A DNA stretch of 64,000 nucleotides from Nitrospirota bacterium (GCA_963840455.1 CAWIYV010000007.1:288001-352000); one strand, 5' to 3'; shown: positions 29,295-45,221, numbered from the stretch's first letter. Notes: a model not told the origin generated them from the sequence alone. Program-made: numbers and translations.

Positions 29295-30086
29295 ATGCGG
29301 CTACCAAACCGGGTATTTGCGCTCATTCTTGGCGCTATCTGCTTTGCGGGACCGGGCCTTGCCTCGGAACGGTCAGATCAGCAAACGACAAAGGTCCATC
29401 ATCCGTTCCATCCCGGGGAGAAACTTACCTATAACATCAGCTGGTCCAACGTGTTCTCGGCAGGTACCGCGGTCATGGAGGTCAAGAAAGAGAAGGCCGA
29501 TGATGGCCGGGATGTCCTTCGGTTCGTCTCCACGGCCCGCACCACCGGCATGGTGGACAGTGTCTATCCGGTACGCGACACTATCCAGAGCGTCTTCGAT
29601 CCCCGGATCATGATGAGCCTCTCCTACAGCTTGAACCAGAGCCACGGCAAACGGAAAAGGAAACGGGAACTGGTCTTCGATCACGGGAACAAGAAGGTCA
29701 CGGTCACCGATGACGGTAAACAGGAGATCCTTGACGTTCCGGGGAACGTCCAGGACGCGCTCTCTTCGCTGTACTATGTCCGGACCCTCGAAGAGTTCAT
29801 CACGGGCAAGCCCATCGTCGTTACAGTCCATGATAGCGGCAAGACATGGACCGTTGAGGTCCATGTACTGGGCAGGGAGAAGATCAAGACCCCTGCTGGG
29901 GAGTTCAACACCATCAAGATCAAGACCTATCCCAAGTATGAAGGGGTCTTCCTGAACAAGGGCGAGATATTCATCTGGCTTACGGACGACAGCAGAAAGG
30001 TCCCGGTGCTTATGAAAAGCACGATTACCATCGGATCCATCGTTTCCATGCTGACGGACATGAAACTGGGAGACGACGTGCAATGA
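29295..30086 (+). CDS. DUF3108-like exported protein
   Basis: Signal peptide, GEKLTY, QDALS, TPAGEF, IWLTDD..KVPV. Confidence 0.75.
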   Translation: MRLPNRVFALILGAICFAGPGLASERSDQQTTKVHHPFHPGEKLTYNISWSNVFSAGTAVMEVKKEKADDGRDVLRFVSTARTTGMVDSVYPVRDTIQSVFDPRIMMSLSYSLNQSHGKRKRKRELVFDHGNKKVTVTDDGKQEILDVPGNVQDALSSLYYVRTLEEFITGKPIVVTVHDSGKTWTVEVHVLGREKIKTPAGEFNTIKIKTYPKYEGVFLNKGEIFIWLTDDSRKVPVLMKSTITIGSIVSMLTDMKLGDDVQ

Positions 30087-31093
30087 CCATGTCTGGTGAT
30101 TCGAAGAAACTCGCGAAGATCATCGACTTCTTCCCGAAGACCCGCATCCTTGTTGTGGGGGATGTGATGATGGACCATTATGTCTGGGGAAACGTTTCCC
30201 GCATATCGCCCGAGGCGCCGGTTCCGGTGGTGAACGTGACCCGGGAGACTGTGCTCCTCGGCGCGGCTGCGAACGTGGTGAACAACATCCGGGCACTCGG
30301 CGGTGAGGTCGGCATCTGCGGCGTCATCGGCCACGACGAAGCCGGTAAACAGCTCCAGCATCTTCTGCACGCACAGGAGATCCCCACCGACGGCCTCATC
30401 GTTGAGCCGGGCAGGTCCACGACGATCAAGACCCGCGTCATTGCCCACCATCAGCAGGTGGTCCGCGTCGACCGGGAGACCCGGGAAGGCATCTCCCGGG
30501 AGACGCACCGCAGGATCTTCGGACACGTCGCAGAGCGGGCTGGCAACGGTCTCGACGCCATTGTGATCTCGGACTACTGCAAGGGCGTCGTGACGAAGGA
30601 ACTGGTCCGGGACATCGTGCGGCTGGCGCGGAAGCGGGGGATCATCGTGTCCGTGGACCCCAAGGTGACCCACTTCGGGATCTACAGCGGCGTCACGGTC
30701 CTGACCCCCAACACCAAGGAGGCTTCCCTGGGCGCACGGGTCGAGATCGAGGACAACGAGAGCCTGCTGCGGGCCGGGAAGGGCCTGCTCACGCGGCTCG
30801 CCTGCGATGCGGTGCTGATCACCCGTGGTGAGCAGGGCATGAGCCTTTTTGAGAAGGGTGGACGCATCACCCACATCCCGACGGTGGCGCGTGAGGTCTT
30901 CGATGTCACCGGCGCCGGGGACACGGTGATCAGCGCGCTGACCCTCGCCATGGCAGCGGGGGCAAAGATCTCTGACGCTGCGAAGATATCGAACTACGCC
31001 GCGGGGATCGTGGTCGGCGTTGTCGGCACGGCAACCGTTTCTCCCGCGCAGTTGAAGCAACGGATCATGGATCAGAGGGGGAAAAGGAGATGA
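30083..31093 (+). CDS. rfaE1: D-glycero-beta-D-manno-heptose-7-phosphate kinase
   Basis: [24 protein letters not shown]. Confidence 0.93.
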   Translation: MTMSGDSKKLAKIIDFFPKTRILVVGDVMMDHYVWGNVSRISPEAPVPVVNVTRETVLLGAAANVVNNIRALGGEVGICGVIGHDEAGKQLQHLLHAQEIPTDGLIVEPGRSTTIKTRVIAHHQQVVRVDRETREGISRETHRRIFGHVAERAGNGLDAIVISDYCKGVVTKELVRDIVRLARKRGIIVSVDPKVTHFGIYSGVTVLTPNTKEASLGARVEIEDNESLLRAGKGLLTRLACDAVLITRGEQGMSLFEKGGRITHIPTVAREVFDVTGAGDTVISALTLAMAAGAKISDAAKISNYAAGIVVGVVGTATVSPAQLKQRIMDQRGKRR

Positions 31094-31983
31094 AAGGCGT
31101 AATCCTTGCGGGCGGAAGCGGCACGCGGCTCTATCCCATCACGCGAGGCGTTTGCAAACAGCTCCTGCCGATCTACGACAAGCCGATGATCTACTACCCC
31201 CTGTCAGTGCTGATGCTGGCAGGCATCCGGGAGATCCTGATCATTTCGACGCCCCTTGACCTTCCGCGCTTCCGCGACGTGTTCGGGAATGGCAGCGACC
31301 TGGGGCTCCGGTTCTCCTATGCGGAACAACCGCAGCCCAATGGTCTGGCCGAGGCGTTCCTGATCGGCGAGCGCTTTATCGGTACGGACGCGGTCTGCCT
31401 CATCCTGGGCGACAACATCTTCTACGGGCACGGCATGACCGGGCTGTTGACCAAGGCCGTGCGCGACGTAACGGCGTCAGGCGGGGCAACAGTCTTCGGC
31501 TACTATGTCAAGGACCCCGAGCGGTACGGTATCGTGGAATTCGATCGGAGCGGAAGTGTCCTGTCGATCGAGGAGAAGCCGGCACGTCCGAAGTCCCGCT
31601 ATGCGGTCACGGGACTGTACTTCTATGACAATGACGTGGTCCGCATCGCGAAGGGCATCAAACCTTCGGGACGGGGGGAGCTGGAGATCACGGATGTGAA
31701 CCGCGAGTATCTGCGCATGAACCGGCTCCGCGTCGAGCTCATGGGCAGGGGATATGCGTGGCTCGACACCGGTACTCACGAGAGTCTGCTCGAGGCGGGT
31801 GAATTCATTGCCACCATCGAACGGCGGCAGGGCCTCAAGTTGGCGTGTGTCGAGGAGATCGCCTTCAATCTTGGCTATATCGGCAGGGAACAGCTGCTAA
31901 AGGCAGCCGCCGACCACAAGAAGAACGCTTACGGCGAGTATCTCCAGATGGTGGCCGAACAAGGAGTTCCCGGTGCCCTTTGA
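31090..31983 (+). CDS. rfbA: Glucose-1-phosphate thymidylyltransferase
   Basis: [29 protein letters not shown]. Confidence 0.96.
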   Translation: MKGVILAGGSGTRLYPITRGVCKQLLPIYDKPMIYYPLSVLMLAGIREILIISTPLDLPRFRDVFGNGSDLGLRFSYAEQPQPNGLAEAFLIGERFIGTDAVCLILGDNIFYGHGMTGLLTKAVRDVTASGGATVFGYYVKDPERYGIVEFDRSGSVLSIEEKPARPKSRYAVTGLYFYDNDVVRIAKGIKPSGRGELEITDVNREYLRMNRLRVELMGRGYAWLDTGTHESLLEAGEFIATIERRQGLKLACVEEIAFNLGYIGREQLLKAAADHKKNAYGEYLQMVAEQGVPGAL

Positions 31984-32533
31984 TTTCCAGAGACTGGCGA
32001 TACAAGGCCTGGTTCTGATCGAACCAAAGACCTATGGCGACGACCGGGGGGTGTTCCTCGAGATCTACAAACACTCCGACTTCGCCCGGTCCGGCATCCC
32101 CGAACACTTCGTCCAGGACAACTATTCCCGCTCCGTCCGCGGCGTTCTGCGCGGGCTTCATTACCAGATGGATCCGAAGGCGCAGGGAAAGCTCGTTCGG
32201 TGCGTGCGCGGGCGGATCTTCGATGTAGCCGTGGACATCAGGAAAGGATCTCCGACCTACGGGCTATGGGAGGGCAAGGAACTTTCCGGGGAGAACGGCC
32301 TGATGCTGTTCATCCCGTCCGGCTTCGCCCACGGCTTCCTGACGCTAAGCGAATCTGCCGAGGTGCTGTACAAGTGCACCGAGGAATACTCGTCGGCGCA
32401 CGACCGGGGGATCATCTGGAACGATCCGGACATCAATATCCCCTGGGCAAACACGGACCCGCTCCTGTCGGACAAGGACCGGCTCCATCCGCGGCTGCGG
32501 GAAGCTGAGAACAACTTCCGTTATCCCTCATGA
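31973..32533 (+). CDS. rfbC: dTDP-4-dehydrorhamnose 3,5-epimerase
   Basis: DDRG, RGLHYQ, DVAVDIR, FAHGF. Confidence 0.96.
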   Translation: MPFDFQRLAIQGLVLIEPKTYGDDRGVFLEIYKHSDFARSGIPEHFVQDNYSRSVRGVLRGLHYQMDPKAQGKLVRCVRGRIFDVAVDIRKGSPTYGLWEGKELSGENGLMLFIPSGFAHGFLTLSESAEVLYKCTEEYSSAHDRGIIWNDPDINIPWANTDPLLSDKDRLHPRLREAENNFRYPS

Positions 32534-33384
32534 GATATCTCATTACCGGCAGGAACGGTCAGCTTGCGAAAGCATTCGTGCGGAGGCTGGAGTCGAGCGC
32601 TGCGGACTACCTTGCCCCCGATGAGTCCCGGTGCGATATCACCAATGCTGCCTGCATCCGGGACATGGTGGGGTCAAGCCGCCCCGACGTCATCATCAAC
32701 TGCGCGGCCTATAACCTGGTTGACCGGGCCGAGCAGGAGCAGGGCGCTGCGTTCGCCGTGAACGCTGATGGTCCCCGCATCCTGGCGGAGGCGGCGCAGG
32801 ACCAGTGCGCGCTCCTGGTGCACTTCGGCTCTGACTATGTGTTCGACGGAACGAAGGAGAACGGTCTGTACCGAGAGGCCGATGCGACGAACCCCCTGAA
32901 CGAATATGGCAGGAGCAAGCTTGCAGGGGAACGAGCAGTGCGGGGGATCCTGCCGGACCGCTCGCTCGTCTTCCGCTTGAGCTGGGTCTTCGGAGAGGGA
33001 CAGCAGAACTTCATTGTGAAGCTCCTCCAGTGGTCGAGCACCCAGGAGTTCCTTCGGGTTGCCAGTGACGAGGTCTCTGTCCCGACATGGACGGAGACCG
33101 TCGTCGAAGCGACCCTCAAGGCCCTGGAGCAGGGCGTGACGGGGCTGTATCATCTCACCAATAGCGGCTATTGTTCCCGCTTTGAATGGGCGAGGGCCAT
33201 TCTCCGGCAGAAAGGTATCGACAAGTTCGTCAGGCCTGTTTCCATGGACGTGTTCAACCTGCCGGCGAAGCGTCCGAAATTCTCCGCAATGAGCAATCAC
33301 ATGATCATCGACCGGTTGAACATCTTGCTGCCCTCCTGGGAGGAGGCGGTCGAACGTTTTCTCAGGGAGGAACGCAGCTCATGA
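32530..33384 (+). CDS. rfbD: dTDP-4-dehydrorhamnose reductase
   Basis: GRNGQL, NCAAY, SDYVFDG, YGRSK. Confidence 0.94.
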   Translation: MRYLITGRNGQLAKAFVRRLESSAADYLAPDESRCDITNAACIRDMVGSSRPDVIINCAAYNLVDRAEQEQGAAFAVNADGPRILAEAAQDQCALLVHFGSDYVFDGTKENGLYREADATNPLNEYGRSKLAGERAVRGILPDRSLVFRLSWVFGEGQQNFIVKLLQWSSTQEFLRVASDEVSVPTWTETVVEATLKALEQGVTGLYHLTNSGYCSRFEWARAILRQKGIDKFVRPVSMDVFNLPAKRPKFSAMSNHMIIDRLNILLPSWEEAVERFLREERSS

Positions 33385-34550
33385 ACCGAAGCCCGCACGT
33401 CGGCGACATTCAACATATCCTCGGGGACCACGCGACGACCATGCTGGTGACCGGCGGCGCCGGGTTCATCGGTTCGAACTTCATCCGCCATATCCTGAAG
33501 AGAACGGACTTTCGCGGGACAATCGTCAACTATGACAAGCTGACCTACGCGGGGAACCTGGCGAGCCTCGCGGACATCGAGCGGGAGTTCGGTGGAAAAC
33601 GGTACCTCTTCGAGCACGGGGACATCTGCGATCACCAACGGCTGGCGGACCTGTTCTCGAAGCAGCCGGTCTCGATCGTTGTCCACTTCGCGGCCGAGAG
33701 CCATGTGGACCGGTCCATCCACGGGCCAGCGGATTTCATCGAGACCAACATCAACGGGACCTTCCGACTGCTGGAAGCGTCGCGCAACGCATGGAAGGGC
33801 CGGAAGGATGTCCGTTTCCATCATGTCAGCACCGACGAGGTCTACGGATCGCTCGGCGCAACAGGGGCGTTCTTCGAGAACACGCCCTATGACCCGCGGA
33901 GCCCCTATTCTGCGTCCAAGGCGGCTTCGGACCACTTGGTGAGGGCATATTTCCATACCTACGGCCTGCCGGTGACCCTCTCGAACTGCTCGAACAACTA
34001 CGGGCCTTACCAGTTCCCGGAGAAGCTCATCCCTCTCGTGGTCCTGAACGCCCTGGAGGGGAAAGCCTTGCCGGTGTACGGCGACGGCAAGAACGTGCGG
34101 GACTGGCTGTACGTGGACGATCACTGCGAGGCGGTCTGGCAGATCCTGAGGCAGGGGTCCGCTGGTGAGACCTACAATGTCGGGGGCGAGTGCGAGAAGC
34201 AGAACATCGAGGTGGTGAGCGCGATCTGCGACGTCCTGGAGGAGCTTGCTCCGGCGAAAGATAATCCCGCGCTCTGCAGGCAAGGCGGCATTGCCCGTTA
34301 CCGGGACCAGATCGCCTTCATCCACGACCGGCCGGGACACGACCGCCGCTACGCCATCAACTGCGACAAGATCAAGCGCGAGCTCGGGTGGCGGCAGGAC
34401 CATGATTTTGAGAACGGCCTGCGTACGACCATCGCGTGGTACCTGCAGAACGCTGCTTGGATTGAAGGGATCCGGAGCGGCGAGTATCAGAAATGGATCG
34501 AGCGGAACTATGCCGCCAGAGCATCACACACGAACAGAGGGACAAAATGA
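33381..34550 (+). CDS. rfbB: dTDP-glucose 4,6-dehydratase
   Basis: [34 protein letters not shown]. Confidence 0.96.
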   Translation: MNRSPHVGDIQHILGDHATTMLVTGGAGFIGSNFIRHILKRTDFRGTIVNYDKLTYAGNLASLADIEREFGGKRYLFEHGDICDHQRLADLFSKQPVSIVVHFAAESHVDRSIHGPADFIETNINGTFRLLEASRNAWKGRKDVRFHHVSTDEVYGSLGATGAFFENTPYDPRSPYSASKAASDHLVRAYFHTYGLPVTLSNCSNNYGPYQFPEKLIPLVVLNALEGKALPVYGDGKNVRDWLYVDDHCEAVWQILRQGSAGETYNVGGECEKQNIEVVSAICDVLEELAPAKDNPALCRQGGIARYRDQIAFIHDRPGHDRRYAINCDKIKRELGWRQDHDFENGLRTTIAWYLQNAAWIEGIRSGEYQKWIERNYAARASHTNRGTK

Positions 34551-35881
34551 AGATCTCAGTTATCGGAACAGGATATGTCGGCCTGGTGACCGGCACCTGT
34601 CTTGCCGAGAGCGGCAACCAGGTTATATGCATGGACATCGACGAGCGTAAGATCGAGATGCTGAACGAGGGCAAGGTACCGATCTACGAGCCCGGCCTTG
34701 ACGAGCTCATCAAACGGAACACGGCCCATGCGAGGCTCTCCTTCACCACGGACATGGCGTCTGCCGTGCGGAACGCGGACATCATCTTCATCGCCGTCGG
34801 CACGCCGCCGGGCGCGGACGGCTCGGCGGACCTTAAATACGTGCTCGGCGTGGCCCGGAAGATCGGAAGGTTCATGAACCGCTACAAGGTCGTGGTGAAC
34901 AAGAGCACGGTCCCCGTGGGGACCGGCGACAAGGTCCGGGCGGCGGTCGCTTCCCGAACGAAGCATTCGTTCGAAGTGGTGTCGAATCCGGAGTTCCTGA
35001 AAGAAGGCGCCGCCATCGAGGACTTCATGAAGCCAGACCGCGTTGTGATCGGCGCCGAGAGCCTGAAGGCGATACAGCTTATGAACGAGCTGTACGCACC
35101 CTTTGTTCGCACGGGAAAGCCCATCCTTGTCATGGACATCCGGAGCGCGGAAATGACCAAGTATGCCTCCAACGCCATGCTGGCGACCAAGATATCGTTC
35201 ATCAACGAGATGGCGAACATCTGCGGCAGCCTCGGCGCGGACATCGACAGTGTGCGGAAGGGGATGGGTTACGACAAACGCATCGGGTTCGAATTCCTGT
35301 TCCCCGGCGTCGGCTACGGTGGTTCCTGCTTCCCCAAGGATGTCAGAGCGCTGGTGCAGACGGCGCAGGACCATAACGTCCCCGCCACGGTCCTGAAGGC
35401 CGTTGAGGCCGTGAACGAGGAACAGAAAAAGATGCTCTTCCGGATGGTCGTGGAGCACTTCCGGGCAAAGACCGGCAGAAAACGGCCGTTGGGAAAAAAG
35501 CCCTTGGCCGGCAGGAGCATTGCCGTGTGGGGGCTGTCGTTCAAGCCGCGCACCGACGACATGCGCGAGGCGCCGTCGGTGGTGATCATCAAGAACCTCC
35601 TGCAGGCGGGAGCCGAGATCAAGGCGCACGACCCGGTTGCCATGAACGAGGCATACAAGATCTTCAAGGAACGGATCTTCCTGGCCGGGGATAGCTACGA
35701 TGCTCTCAAGGGAGCCGACGCGCTTGCTGTTGTGACGGAATGGAACGAGTTCAGGACGCCCGACTTCGCACGGATGAAGAAGCTTATGAGGACACCGGTC
35801 ATTTTTGACGGCAGGAACATCTACAACCAGGATGAGCTGCGGCAGCTGGGCTTTACCTATTACGGGATGGGAAGACGGTAG
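34547..35881 (+). CDS. ugd: UDP-glucose 6-dehydrogenase
   Basis: [24 protein letters not shown]. Confidence 0.94.
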   Translation: MKISVIGTGYVGLVTGTCLAESGNQVICMDIDERKIEMLNEGKVPIYEPGLDELIKRNTAHARLSFTTDMASAVRNADIIFIAVGTPPGADGSADLKYVLGVARKIGRFMNRYKVVVNKSTVPVGTGDKVRAAVASRTKHSFEVVSNPEFLKEGAAIEDFMKPDRVVIGAESLKAIQLMNELYAPFVRTGKPILVMDIRSAEMTKYASNAMLATKISFINEMANICGSLGADIDSVRKGMGYDKRIGFEFLFPGVGYGGSCFPKDVRALVQTAQDHNVPATVLKAVEAVNEEQKKMLFRMVVEHFRAKTGRKRPLGKKPLAGRSIAVWGLSFKPRTDDMREAPSVVIIKNLLQAGAEIKAHDPVAMNEAYKIFKERIFLAGDSYDALKGADALAVVTEWNEFRTPDFARMKKLMRTPVIFDGRNIYNQDELRQLGFTYYGMGRR

Positions 35882-35975
35882 AAGGATGATGGGCTTGGTA
35901 AGACAGGCTCATGCTCGTGCTTTTACTGAGCCGGGACCTTGACCTTGCTACGCGTCTTTTTAAGGGGTATGTGCC

Positions 35976-36916
35976 ATGAGAATACTTGTTACCGGCGGCG
36001 CGGGATTCTTGGGGTCGCACCTGTGCGAACGGCTGCTTAAAGAAGGGCACGAGGTCGTCTGCCTCGACAATTTTTTTACGGGAAGACGGAGAAATATCCA
36101 CCCCTATCTCGCGAATCCCGATTTCGAACTGGTCCGCCACGACGTCGTCGAGCCGATCCTGCTGGAGGTTGACCGGATCTATCACCTGGCCTGTCCTGCC
36201 TCGCCGGTCCATTACCAGTACAACCCGGTCAAGACGATCAAGACCAATGTGCTGGGGACCCACAACATGCTCGGCCTGGCGAAACGCACACGGGCGAGGT
36301 TCCTGCTGGCGTCCACGTCCGAGGTCTACGGAGACCCCAAGGTGCATCCCCAGACAGAGGACTATTGGGGCAATGTGAATCCCATCGGCTTCCGGAGCTG
36401 CTACGACGAGGGGAAGCGCGTGGCCGAGACCTTCACTATGGATTACCACCGCCAGAACCGCGTTGACGTCAGGATCGTGCGCATTTTCAACACCTACGGA
36501 CCGCGCATGCTGGCAGACGATGGAAGGGTTGTGAGCAACTTCATCGTCCAGGCCCTCAAGGGGGACGATATCACCGTGTACGGGGACGGCTCTCAGACCC
36601 GGTCGTTCTGCTATGTTGATGATCTCGTTGACGGCCTGGCGCGGATGATGGAGAACGATGGATTCATCGGCCCAGTGAACCTGGGGAATCCGCGGGAGTT
36701 CACCATCCTGGAACTTGCGAAGAAGATCATCGCCATGACCGGCTCCCGCTCGAAGATCGTACTGAAACCGCTGCCGTCAGACGACCCGACCCAGCGTCAG
36801 CCGGACATCGCCCTGGCGAAGCAGAAGCTCGGATGGCAGCCGAAGGTGGACGTGGACAACGGCTTCAACGTGACGATCGATTATTTCCGGAAGGAGCTCG
36901 CCAGGCACGGGCGCGG

Positions 36917-36920
<4 letters not shown>
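35976..36920 (+). CDS. uxs: UDP-glucuronate decarboxylase (UDP-xylose synthase)
   Basis: [32 protein letters not shown]. Confidence 0.92.
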
Positions 36921-40195
<3,275 letters not shown>

Positions 40196-40199
<4 letters not shown>

Positions 40200-41167
40200 G
40201 CCAAGAACAGGCAAAGCGAGTGCTCAGGATCGAAGCGGACGCCGTTGCCCGCCTCATCGACCGCATCGACGAGAACTTTGACAAGGCAGTGGACCTGATC
40301 ATGGGCTGCCGGGGCCGCGTCGTCGTCACCGGCATGGGAAAGTCCGGCCATATCGGAAACAAGATCGCCGCGACCCTGGCCTCGACCGGTACGCCGGCGC
40401 TGTTCCTGCACCCTGCTGAGGGGATCCACGGCGACCTGGGCATGGTCACGAAAGGGGACATTGTCATCGCTCTTTCGAACAGCGGAGAGACCGAAGAACT
40501 ATCACGGATGCTCCCGTCGCTTAAACGGATCGGCATCAGGATCATTGCCCTTACCGGCAACCCCGATTCGACCCTAGCCAAGAGCAGCGACGTGGTCATC
40601 GACGTGGGGGTGAAGGAGGAGGCGTGCCCCCTTGGGCTTGCTCCGACCGCCAGTACGACCGCAACGCTTGCCATGGGAGACGCCCTCGCGGTCGTTCTGC
40701 TCGACCGGCGGGGGTTCAAGGAAGAGGACTTCGCCTGCTATCATCCCGGAGGGGCGCTGGGAAAGCGGCTGCTCCTTCGCGTACAGGATATCATGCACAC
40801 CGGGGACGCTATCCCGAAAGTGACTGAAGAGGCGCTCGTGAAAGATGCGATCTACGAGATATCGTCCAAGAAGATGGGCGTCACGGCGGTCCTCGACACG
40901 GCAGGAAGGCTCGTTGGCGTGATCTCCGACGGGGACCTGCGGCGCTGGATGGAACGGACGGAAAAGACGGGGGAGAACCTTCTTGCGAAAAAGGCTAGGG
41001 AGATCATGACCAGGGACCCCAAGGTGATCGGGAAGGAAGCACTGGCTGCGGAGGCGGTGGCGATCATGGAAACCAGCTCGATCACCTGCCTCCTCATCCT
41101 CGATCCCGGGAAACGCCCTGAAGGCGTGATCCATCTTCACGACCTCCTGAAGGCGGGCGTAGTGTAG
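40196..41167 (+). CDS. kdsD: Arabinose-5-phosphate isomerase (KpsF/GutQ)
   Basis: GMGKSG, HGDLG, HPGG, CBS pair. Confidence 0.95.
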
Positions 41168-41204
41168 CTTGTCATACAACAGAAAATTAGAATCTCTCTT
41201 CCCT

Positions 41205-41726
41205 ATGAAAAAAAACGCACAACCAACCCTTCGATCGAAAGCGAAAAAGATCAAGCTGCTCCTGCTCGACGTGGATGGCGTCCTGACGGACGGCAGGATC
41301 ATCCTGGACAACCAGGGCAACGAGCTCAAGGCTTTCCATGTTCGGGACGGACACGGGATCAAGCTTGCTCAGCGGGCGGGGATCGTCATCGGGATCATCA
41401 CCGGCAGGAAGGCGGAGGTCGTGAACGTGCGCGCCCGGGAACTTGGCATCGGGGAGGTCCACCAAGGGGCGCTGGAAAAGATCAGTGTTTACGAGGCCCT
41501 GCTCGAGAAATACGGCCTCCGGGACGACGAGGCAGCCTTCATCGGGGATGATATCGTCGACGTGGGGATCCTCAAGCGGGTGGGGTTCGCGGTAACCGTA
41601 GCGGACTGTGATCCTGCCGTGAAGCCTTATGCGGACATGATCACCCAGGCAAAAGGAGGAAGGGGAGCGGTCCGCGAAGTGATCAACCTGCTGCTGGCAA
41701 GCCAGGGCAAAAAGCCAGCACTATGA
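41205..41726 (+). CDS. kdsC: Kdo 8-phosphate phosphatase
   Basis: DVDGVLTDG, GDD, GGRGAVRE. Confidence 0.95.
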   Translation: MKKNAQPTLRSKAKKIKLLLLDVDGVLTDGRIILDNQGNELKAFHVRDGHGIKLAQRAGIVIGIITGRKAEVVNVRARELGIGEVHQGALEKISVYEALLEKYGLRDDEAAFIGDDIVDVGILKRVGFAVTVADCDPAVKPYADMITQAKGGRGAVREVINLLLASQGKKPAL

Positions 41727-42622
41727 GTACGAGTTTCACCAAGGTACGAAAGCGCTTCAGCCGTATCTTCCTCGTGCTGTTCACGAAAACGATCGGCCCG
41801 TTCGCCCGGCTCCTGCCCTACCCGGTGGCCGTCGCCGCAGGAGGGATGCTCGGCCGCCTGTCCTATCATCTGCTTCCCCGCGAGCGGAAACGCGCACTCG
41901 CCCATCTCGCCCTGGCCTTTCCGGACCGGGAGTCCTCTTGGATCAAGCGTACGGCGAGAAAGACCTTTGTCCATCTCGGCAAGGCATTAATGGAGACCGT
42001 CGCGATCACACCCCGTCGCATGACGGCGGTCGTCAACACACAGGGGCTTGAGAATATCCAGACAGCACTTGACCGGAGAAAAGGGATCGTCTATTTTACC
42101 GGCCACATAGGCAACTGGGAGCTGATGGCCGGTGCGGTTGCCAGATCCTTTCCCGTTAGCGTTGTCGCTGCGCCACTCGAGCCGGAACCGGTCAATGAAA
42201 TGATCGTCCGGCTTCGGAACAGGATGGGTGTCAAGACCATCCTCAGGAACAGACCGGGCGCTGCCAAGGAGCTAATCAGAATCTTCCGGGAGAACCGGAT
42301 CCTCGGCATCCTGATCGATCAGGACACCGATGTGGAAGGGGCGTTCGTGGATTTCATGGGAAGACCCGCCTGGACGCCGACGGCAGCGGCCCAGATGGCC
42401 ATTAAATTCGGCGCTCCGGTGCTTTTTGGTTACATCCAGCGGAATGACGATGACCGGCACACGATCACCATCGAGGGCCCCCTGGACCTGGCAAGGACCG
42501 GAAACGACGAAGAGGATATCAGGACCAATACCGCCATGTTCACAAAAAAGATCGAAGAAGTCATACGTCGGACCCCGGAACAGTGGGTTTGGATGCATCG
42601 CCGATGGAGACGACAACCATGA
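41723..42622 (+). CDS. lpxL: Lipid A late acyltransferase (LpxL/HtrB family)
   Basis: HIGNWE, LIDQ, PEQWVWMHRRW. Confidence 0.88.
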   Translation: MSTSFTKVRKRFSRIFLVLFTKTIGPFARLLPYPVAVAAGGMLGRLSYHLLPRERKRALAHLALAFPDRESSWIKRTARKTFVHLGKALMETVAITPRRMTAVVNTQGLENIQTALDRRKGIVYFTGHIGNWELMAGAVARSFPVSVVAAPLEPEPVNEMIVRLRNRMGVKTILRNRPGAAKELIRIFRENRILGILIDQDTDVEGAFVDFMGRPAWTPTAAAQMAIKFGAPVLFGYIQRNDDDRHTITIEGPLDLARTGNDEEDIRTNTAMFTKKIEEVIRRTPEQWVWMHRRWRRQP

Positions 42623-43152
42623 ACGTGCCGAATCTACTGTCCATCAGCAGGATCCTCGCGGTGCCGGTCTTTATCGTGCTCATGCTCGAACCGACACCGC
42701 TCCGCGCCCTGCTTGCCGGGATCGTGTTCTCCATCGCCTCGGCCACGGACTGGCTCGACGGTTACCTGGCCCGGAAATGGGGACAGGTAACGAAGATCGG
42801 CAAACTGCTCGATCCCATTGCCGACAAGATCCTGGTGGCCTCGGCACTCATCATGCTCGTGGACATCGCGCGGATCCCCTCATGGATCGCCATCATCATC
42901 ATTGGCCGCGAGATTGCCATTACCGGACTCCGGGCAATGGCTGCGTCAGAGGGGATCGTCATAGCGGCGGAGAACATGGGGAAGTGGAAGGTCGGGGCCC
43001 AGATCACCGCCGTGCTCTGTCTGGTGCTGGACTATCATCTGGGAACGGAATGGATCAGTGATGTCGGGCGGATCGCCATTTTCATTGCCATGATACTGGC
43101 GGTCGTCTCCGGTATGCGGTACATCATCGACTACTGGAAAAGGGCGGGATAA
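42619..43152 (+). CDS. pgsA: CDP-diacylglycerol--glycerol-3-phosphate 3-phosphatidyltransferase
   Basis: PNLLSISR, DWLDGYLAR, LDPIADK. Confidence 0.95.
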   Translation: MNVPNLLSISRILAVPVFIVLMLEPTPLRALLAGIVFSIASATDWLDGYLARKWGQVTKIGKLLDPIADKILVASALIMLVDIARIPSWIAIIIIGREIAITGLRAMAASEGIVIAAENMGKWKVGAQITAVLCLVLDYHLGTEWISDVGRIAIFIAMILAVVSGMRYIIDYWKRAG

Positions 43153-43155
43153 GGA

Positions 43156-43755
43156 ATGGGACCGGTCCAGGCGGTGTACCTGCTCGGCGCCTATCTTGTC
43201 GGGGCCATTCCCTTCGGGCTCCTCTTCGGAAAGGCGCTGGGCGGGGTGGACGTGCGGGCCGTGGGCAGCGGGAACATCGGCGCCACGAACGTGCTGCGCG
43301 CAGCGGGAAAAAAGGCCGCTATTCTGACGCTTGTTGCAGACTGCCTGAAAGGTCTTTTCCCGGTCCTGCTGGCCGCAAGGCTTTTTTCCTCTGAGCTCAT
43401 CTCCGTGCTCAGCGGTGTTGCTGCAATCCTGGGACACAACTTTCCCGTCTACCTCAGGTTCAAGGGCGGCAAGGGCGTGGCCACCAGCTTCGGGGTTGTA
43501 CTCGCGGTCGCGCCCGGAACCGGTCTCGTCTGCCTGATCGCCTGGGCAGCCACAGCCGTTTTCTGGAAGTACTCCTCCCTCTCCGCCCTCATTGCGTTCA
43601 CTCTGTATCCGCTCGTCACCTTTGCCGTTCACGGGGAATCGAAGCCGCAGGGATTCCTTTCGCTCTTTGTATTCGGAATGATCTATTACCGCCATCGGGA
43701 GAACATCAAGCGCCTGATCGCCGGGACGGAATCGAAGATCGGACAGAAACAATAG
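43156..43755 (+). CDS. plsY: Glycerol-3-phosphate acyltransferase
   Basis: GSGNIGATN, GGKGVAT, HRENIKRL. Confidence 0.96.
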   Translation: MGPVQAVYLLGAYLVGAIPFGLLFGKALGGVDVRAVGSGNIGATNVLRAAGKKAAILTLVADCLKGLFPVLLAARLFSSELISVLSGVAAILGHNFPVYLRFKGGKGVATSFGVVLAVAPGTGLVCLIAWAATAVFWKYSSLSALIAFTLYPLVTFAVHGESKPQGFLSLFVFGMIYYRHRENIKRLIAGTESKIGQKQ

Positions 43756-43825
43756 GCATGGACCAGCCAGGCGCGGATAGGGCAGGACAGGGTGATCGCT
43801 CTCGTGTGCGAGAACATCTCAGTAC

Positions 43826-44259
43826 ATGGCAGCTCCTACTGCGGTCTCTATTGTCCTGATCATGGTCATGGCCATGAGACCATCGCCGAAACTTCTCCAT
43901 ATCAGACACATTGACAAGTATCTGCATGCTCTGGCCTATGACATTCTTGCCGTCCTGTCGTGCCGGTCCTTTGTCAGGACCGGCGTCCGCAGTGCCGCCG
44001 TATCCATCTTCCTGCTGGGGCTTGTCGTGGGATGAGCGTCGAGGGGGTCCAGGCGCTCGGCAGGGTGCGGACAGCAGACCGGTACGAGCTCGTGGCGGAC
44101 GCGATCGGGACCATCATCGGAACGCTGATTTTCGCTTTGTCCCTGAGGCCGGGAGCAGACCGGCTTTGCCGGGCTCAACGCGTAAGGCAACATAAACTGC
44201 GCATCGGCGCCCACTCGGGGCAGATGACCAGGACGGCAGCCGGTCTCTCCAGCGGTTGA
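43826..44259 (+). pseudogene. VanZ-like membrane protein, frameshifted
   Basis: DKYLHALAY in one frame; E.VQ...RTAD...LVADAIG continues in the -1 frame from the GGG at 44029-44031. Confidence 0.6.
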
Positions 44260-44261
44260 CG

Positions 44262-44290
44262 TTGACAAAGAAGGCATGTGCTGATATTAT
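44262..44290 (+). promoter_or_regulatory. Sigma70 promoter
   Basis: TTGACA-N17-TATTAT with extended -10 TG. Confidence 0.7.
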
Positions 44291-44338
44291 TTGCTCACGC
44301 TGGAACGGATGGGATAGGTCCTCCGCACGAGGGGTGCG

Positions 44339-45148
44339 ATGTCAACCATCATAACGCTCACAACTGATTACGGGACGCGGGACTCCTTCGTGGCGAGCAT
44401 GAAGGGCATCATCCTCAGGACAAACCCGCAGGTCCAGATCCTCGACATCACCCACGAGATCGCGCCCCAGGACATCTGGGAGGCGGCATTCACCCTGAAG
44501 AGCGTCTATGACCAGTTTCCCAAGGGCACGGTGCACCTCGCGGTCGTCGATCCGGGCGTGGGGAGCGGCCGGCGACCGATCATCGTCGTGACCGAGGGAT
44601 ACTTCTTCGTCGGTCCGGACAACGGTCTGTTCAGCATGATCTACCGCGACGCCGAACGTCTTCGTGTTCATCACATCACGTCAGGACATTACTTCGTCGC
44701 GAGCCCGGGTCCTACCTTCCACGGACGGGACATATTCGCCCCGGTCGCCGCATGGCTCACCAAGGGCATCCCTTCGGGCAATTTCGGCGACGAGATCACG
44801 GACTTCGTCAAACTGAACGTTCCGGTCCCCAAACGGACCGACAGCAGCATCGACGGCCACGTGGTTCATGCCGACCGTTTCGGCAACATCATCACGAACA
44901 TTACCTATAAGGACCTGCAGTCCCTCATCCCGGAGGGCGGCACTATGGGCCCGGTTACGGTCACCGTAATGGGCAAAGAGATCAAGGGGATGAAGAAGTT
45001 CTATGCCGAGGCTGCCCCGGGAGAGCCGGGCGTCATCATCAACAGCTCCGGCCATCTCGAGATCTTCCTGTTCCGTCAGAACGCCCGTACGGCCCTCGCC
45101 ATCAAGCGCGGCGAGGTCGTTCGTCTCACGGTCAATCCCGCTGCCTGA
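44339..45148 (+). CDS. SAM hydroxide adenosyltransferase (DUF62; chlorinase/fluorinase family)
   Basis: LTTDYG, DITH, VVDPGVG, GPDNG, TFHGRDIF, DRFGN. Confidence 0.92.
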   Translation: MSTIITLTTDYGTRDSFVASMKGIILRTNPQVQILDITHEIAPQDIWEAAFTLKSVYDQFPKGTVHLAVVDPGVGSGRRPIIVVTEGYFFVGPDNGLFSMIYRDAERLRVHHITSGHYFVASPGPTFHGRDIFAPVAAWLTKGIPSGNFGDEITDFVKLNVPVPKRTDSSIDGHVVHADRFGNIITNITYKDLQSLIPEGGTMGPVTVTVMGKEIKGMKKFYAEAAPGEPGVIINSSGHLEIFLFRQNARTALAIKRGEVVRLTVNPAA

Positions 45149-45186
45149 TCGCCGGCTGTCGCATACCCCCGATATGAAGATCTGTG

Positions 45187-45215
45187 TTGTCTCCGGCCAA
45201 CCCCCGCAGTATAAT
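45187..45215 (+). promoter_or_regulatory. Sigma70 promoter, likely leaderless miaB transcript
   Basis: TTGTCT-N17-TATAAT-N6-ATG with no SD. Confidence 0.65.
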
Positions 45216-45221
45216 GCCCGC

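Noticed and set aside
44339-45148. Halogenase (fluorinase/chlorinase) activity
   Set aside because: It retains the TFHGRD motif typical of DUF62 SAM hydrolases and sits among housekeeping genes
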